A stretch of 64,000 nt of DNA, from the NCBI GenBank assembly GCA_009914755.4, contig CP068257.2, forward strand, positions 30,528,001 to 30,592,000. Reading direction: 5' to 3'. Both the position numbers and the translations under genes were made by a program. The notes beneath the pieces are model-generated. The model ran no database searches and was not told the DNA's origin. It worked only from the letters and a program-made list of their open reading frames with translations. The stretch is from the human T2T-CHM13v2.0 reference genome, Homo sapiens. Shown in pieces: positions 60,848 to 64,000 of the stretch. Within the stretch, counting starts at the first letter, position 1. Each line of letters begins with the position of its first letter.

Positions 60848-61760
60848 GGGGGCTAGCAAGATGGCCGAATAGGAACAGTTCCAGTCTGCAGCACCCAGTG
60901 AGACTAACACAGAAGGCAGATGATTTCTGCATTTCCAACTGAGATACCCGGTTCATCTCCTTGGGACTGGTTACACAGTGGGTGCAGCCCACAGAGGGTG
61001 AGCAAAAGCAGGGTGGGGTGTTGCCTCACCCGGGAAGTGCAAGGGATTGGGGAAGTCCCTCCCCTAGCCAAGAGAAGCCATGAGGGACTGTGCTGTGAGA
61101 GATGGTGCTATCCAGCCCAGATACTATGCTTTTCCCACGGTCTTCACAACCTGCAGACCAGAAGATTCCCTTGGGTGCCATACCACCAGGGCCCTGGGTT
61201 TCAAGAACAAAACTGGGCAGCCATTTGCGCAGACACAGAGATAGCTGCAGAAGTCTTTTTTCATACCCCAGTGGTGCCTGGAATGCCAGCAAGACAGAAC
61301 GGTTCACTCCCTGGAAAGAGGGCTGAAGCCAGGGAGCTAAGCGGTCTTTCCCAGAGGATCCCACCCCCACAGAGCCCAACGAGCTAAGATCCACTGGTGT
61401 GAAATCCTCTCTGCCAGCACAGCAGTCTGAAGTCAACCTGGGATGCTCAAGCTTGGTGAGGGAAGGGGCATCCACCATTACTGAGGCTTGAGTAGGTGAT
61501 TTCCCCCTCACAGTGTAAACAAAGCCTTAGGGAAGTTCGAACTGGGCAGAGCCCACCACAGCACGGCAAAACCACTGTAGCCAGACTGCCTCTCTAGATT
61601 CTTCCTCTCTGGGCAGGGCATCTCTGAAAGAAAGGTAGCAGCCCCAGTCAGGTGCTTATAGATAAAACTCCCATCTCCCTGGGACAGACCACCTGGGGGA
61701 AGGGGCGGCTGTGGGTGCATCTTCAGCAGACTTAAACGTTCCTGCCTGCTGACTCTGAAG
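60848..61760 (+). promoter_or_regulatory. L1 internal (5'UTR) promoter region, including a YY1-type motif
   Basis: caagatggccgaatagg at about 60857-60873 matches the conserved YY1 site of L1 5'UTRs. Function is inferred from L1 biology; nothing here shows activity. Confidence 0.5.
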
Positions 61761-62288
61761 AGAGCAGTGGATTTCCCAACACAGCACTTCAGCTCTGCTA
61801 AGGGACAGGCTGCCTCCTCAAATGGGTCCCTGACTCCTATGCCTCCTGACTGTGAGACACCTCCCAGCAGGGGTCAACAGACACCTCATACAGGAGAGCT
61901 CCAGCTGGCATCTGGAGGGTGTCCCTCTGGGACGAAGCTTCCAGAGGAAGGAGCAAGCAGCAATCTTTGCTGTTCTGCAGCCTCCACTGGTGATACCCTG
62001 GCAAACAGGATCTGGAGTGGACCTCCTGCAAACTCCACCAGACCTGCAGAAGAGGGTCCTGACTGTTAGAAGGAAAACTAACAATCAGAAAGCAATAGCA
62101 TCAACATCAACAAAAAGGACGCCCACGCAAAAACCCCATCCGAAGGTCACCAACATCAAAGATCAAAGGTAGATAAATCCATGAAGATGAGGAAAAACCA
62201 GCACAAAAAAGCTGAAAATTCCAAAAGCCAGAATACTTCTTCTCCTCCAAAAGATCACAACTCCTCACCAGCAAAGGAACAAAACTAG

Positions 62289-63211
62289 ATGGAGAATGAG
62301 TTTGACAAATTGACAGAAGCAGGCTTCAGAAAGTGGGTGATAACAAACTCCTCCGAGCTAAAAGAGCATCTTCTAACCCAATCCAAGGAAGCTAAGAACC
62401 TTGATAAAAGGTTACAGGACTTGCTAACTAGAATAACCAGTTTAGAGAAGAACATAAATGACATGATGGAGCTGAAAAACACAGCACAAGAACTTTGTGA
62501 AGCCTAAACAAGTATCAATAGCTGAATCGATCAAGCAGAAGAAAGGATATCAGAGATTGAAGATCAATTTAATGAAATAAAGTGTGAAGACAAGATTAGA
62601 GAAAAAATAATGAAAAGAAACAAACAAAGCCTCCAAGAAATATGGGACTATGTGAAAAGACCAAACCTACGTTTGATTGGTGTACCTGAAAGTGATGGGG
62701 AGAATGGAACCAAGTTGGAAAACATACTTCAGGAAATTATCCAAGAGAACTTCCCCGACCTAGCAAGATAGGCCAACATTCAAATTCAGGAAATACAGAG
62801 AAAACCAGAAAGATACTCCTCGAGAAGAGCAACCCGAAGACACATAATCAACAGATTCACCAAGGTTGAAATGAGGAAAAAATGTTAAGGGCAACCAGAA
62901 AGAAAGGTCAAGTTACCCAGAAAGGGAAACCCATCAGACCAACAGGAGATCTCTCTAAAGAAACCCTACAAGCCAGAAGAGAATGGGGGCCAATATTCAA
63001 CATTCTTAAAGAAAAGAATTTTCAACCCAGAATTTTGTATCCAGCCAAACTAAGCTTCATAAGTAAAGGAGAAATAAAATCCTTTATAGACAAGCAAATG
63101 CTGAGGGATTTTGTCACCACCAGGCCTGCCTTACCAGAGCTCCTGAAGGAAGCACTAAATATGGAAAGGAAAAACCGGTACCAGCCACTGCAAAAACATA
63201 CCAAAATGTAA
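62289..63211 (+). pseudogene. L1 ORF1 (disrupted: in-frame stop after codon 72)
   Basis: ORF 62289..62507 (MENEFDKLTEAGFRKWVITNSSELKEHLLTQSKEAKNLDKRLQDLLTRITSLEKNINDMMELKNTAQELCEA*) stops prematurely. ORF 62882..63211 carries the ORF1p C-terminus (...GKPIRPTGDLSKETLQARREWGPIFNILKEKNFQPRILYPAKLSFISKGEIKSFIDKQMLRDFVTTRPALPELLKEALNMERKNRYQPLQKHTKM*). Confidence 0.85.
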
Positions 63212-63267
63212 AGACCATCAACACTATGAAGAAACTCCATCAACTAATGGGCAAAATAAACAACTAG

Positions 63268-63576
<309 letters not shown>

Positions 63577-63587
63577 CTAGCATCATA

Positions 63588-64000
63588 ATGACAGAATCAA
63601 ATTCACACATAACAATATTAACCTTAAATGTAAATGGGCTAAACGTCCCAATTAAAAGACTCAGACTGGCAAATTGGATAAAGAGTCAAGACCCATTGGT
63701 GTGCTGTATTCAGGAGACACATCTCACGTGCAAAGACACATATAGGCTCAAAACTAAGGGATGGAGGAATATTTACCAAGCAAATGGAAAGAAAAAAAAA
63801 AGCAGGGGTTGCAATCCTAGTCTTTGATAAAACAGACTTTAAACCAACAAAGATCAAAAAAGACAAAAAAGGGCATTACATAATGGTAAAGGGATCAATG
63901 CAACAAGAAAAGCTAATGATCTAAATATATATGCACCCAATACAGGAGAACCCAGATTCACAAAGCAAGTTTTTAGAGACCTACAAAGAGACTTAGACTC
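63588..64000 (+). pseudogene. L1 ORF2 N-terminus (endonuclease domain), frame-disrupted near 63800
   Basis: MTESNSHITILTLNVNGLNVPIKRLRLANWIKSQDPLVCCIQETHLTCKDTYRLKTKGWRNIYQANGKKKKSRGCNPSL* — the frame breaks in the A-run gaaagaaaaaaaaaagcagg relative to intact L1 (…ANGKQKKAGVAILVSDKTDFK). Confidence 0.8.

Noticed and set aside
60920-61387. 155-aa plus-strand ORF in the L1PA 5'UTR
   Set aside because: L1 5'UTRs are non-coding in the sense direction and this frame has no counterpart in intact L1. Only the antisense ORF at 61026..61511 is reported, as an ORF0-position observation.

Overview
This window is primate (human-type) nuclear genomic DNA, not a prokaryotic locus. I found no operons, CRISPR arrays, defense-island-like gene clusters, rRNA or tRNA genes, and no CpG island or exon I could support from the sequence. 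Most of the window is interspersed repeats: about 26 Alu SINEs, many with recognisable target-site duplications (TSDs) and A-tails, and several generations of LINE-1. The L1 content includes an old L1M element (about 8.7-20.0 kb) broken up by later insertions, an L1PB/L1MA-like element with internal rearrangement (10.6-15.6 kb), another old L1 with a 5' region (57.7-60.8 kb), and a 5'-complete L1PA that starts at about 60848 and runs off the window end. There are at least nine MaLR-type solo LTRs, MIR fragments, hAT and Tc1/mariner MITEs (MER5A-like, MER20-like, MADE1, and a TIR-bearing Tc1/mariner-type element), and microsatellites ((CA)n, (GTTT)n, (GATA)n, (GAAA)n, (CT)n). Nearly every ORF in the six-frame track translates Alu, L1 or LTR sequence and is not a gene. 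The structures I would look at again are local rearrangements, not a new biological system: a post-Alu segmental duplication (40.55/41.46 kb), an inverted-repeat pair flanking an Alu (30.2/31.4 kb), an Alu with a 125-bp non-Alu 3' extension (6.7-7.1 kb), a TIR-bearing Tc1/mariner-like element present as short and long copies, and a long antisense ORF in the L1PA 5'UTR. Repeat family names were assigned by eye from remembered consensus sequences, so subfamily calls are approximate and should be checked with RepeatMasker/Dfam.
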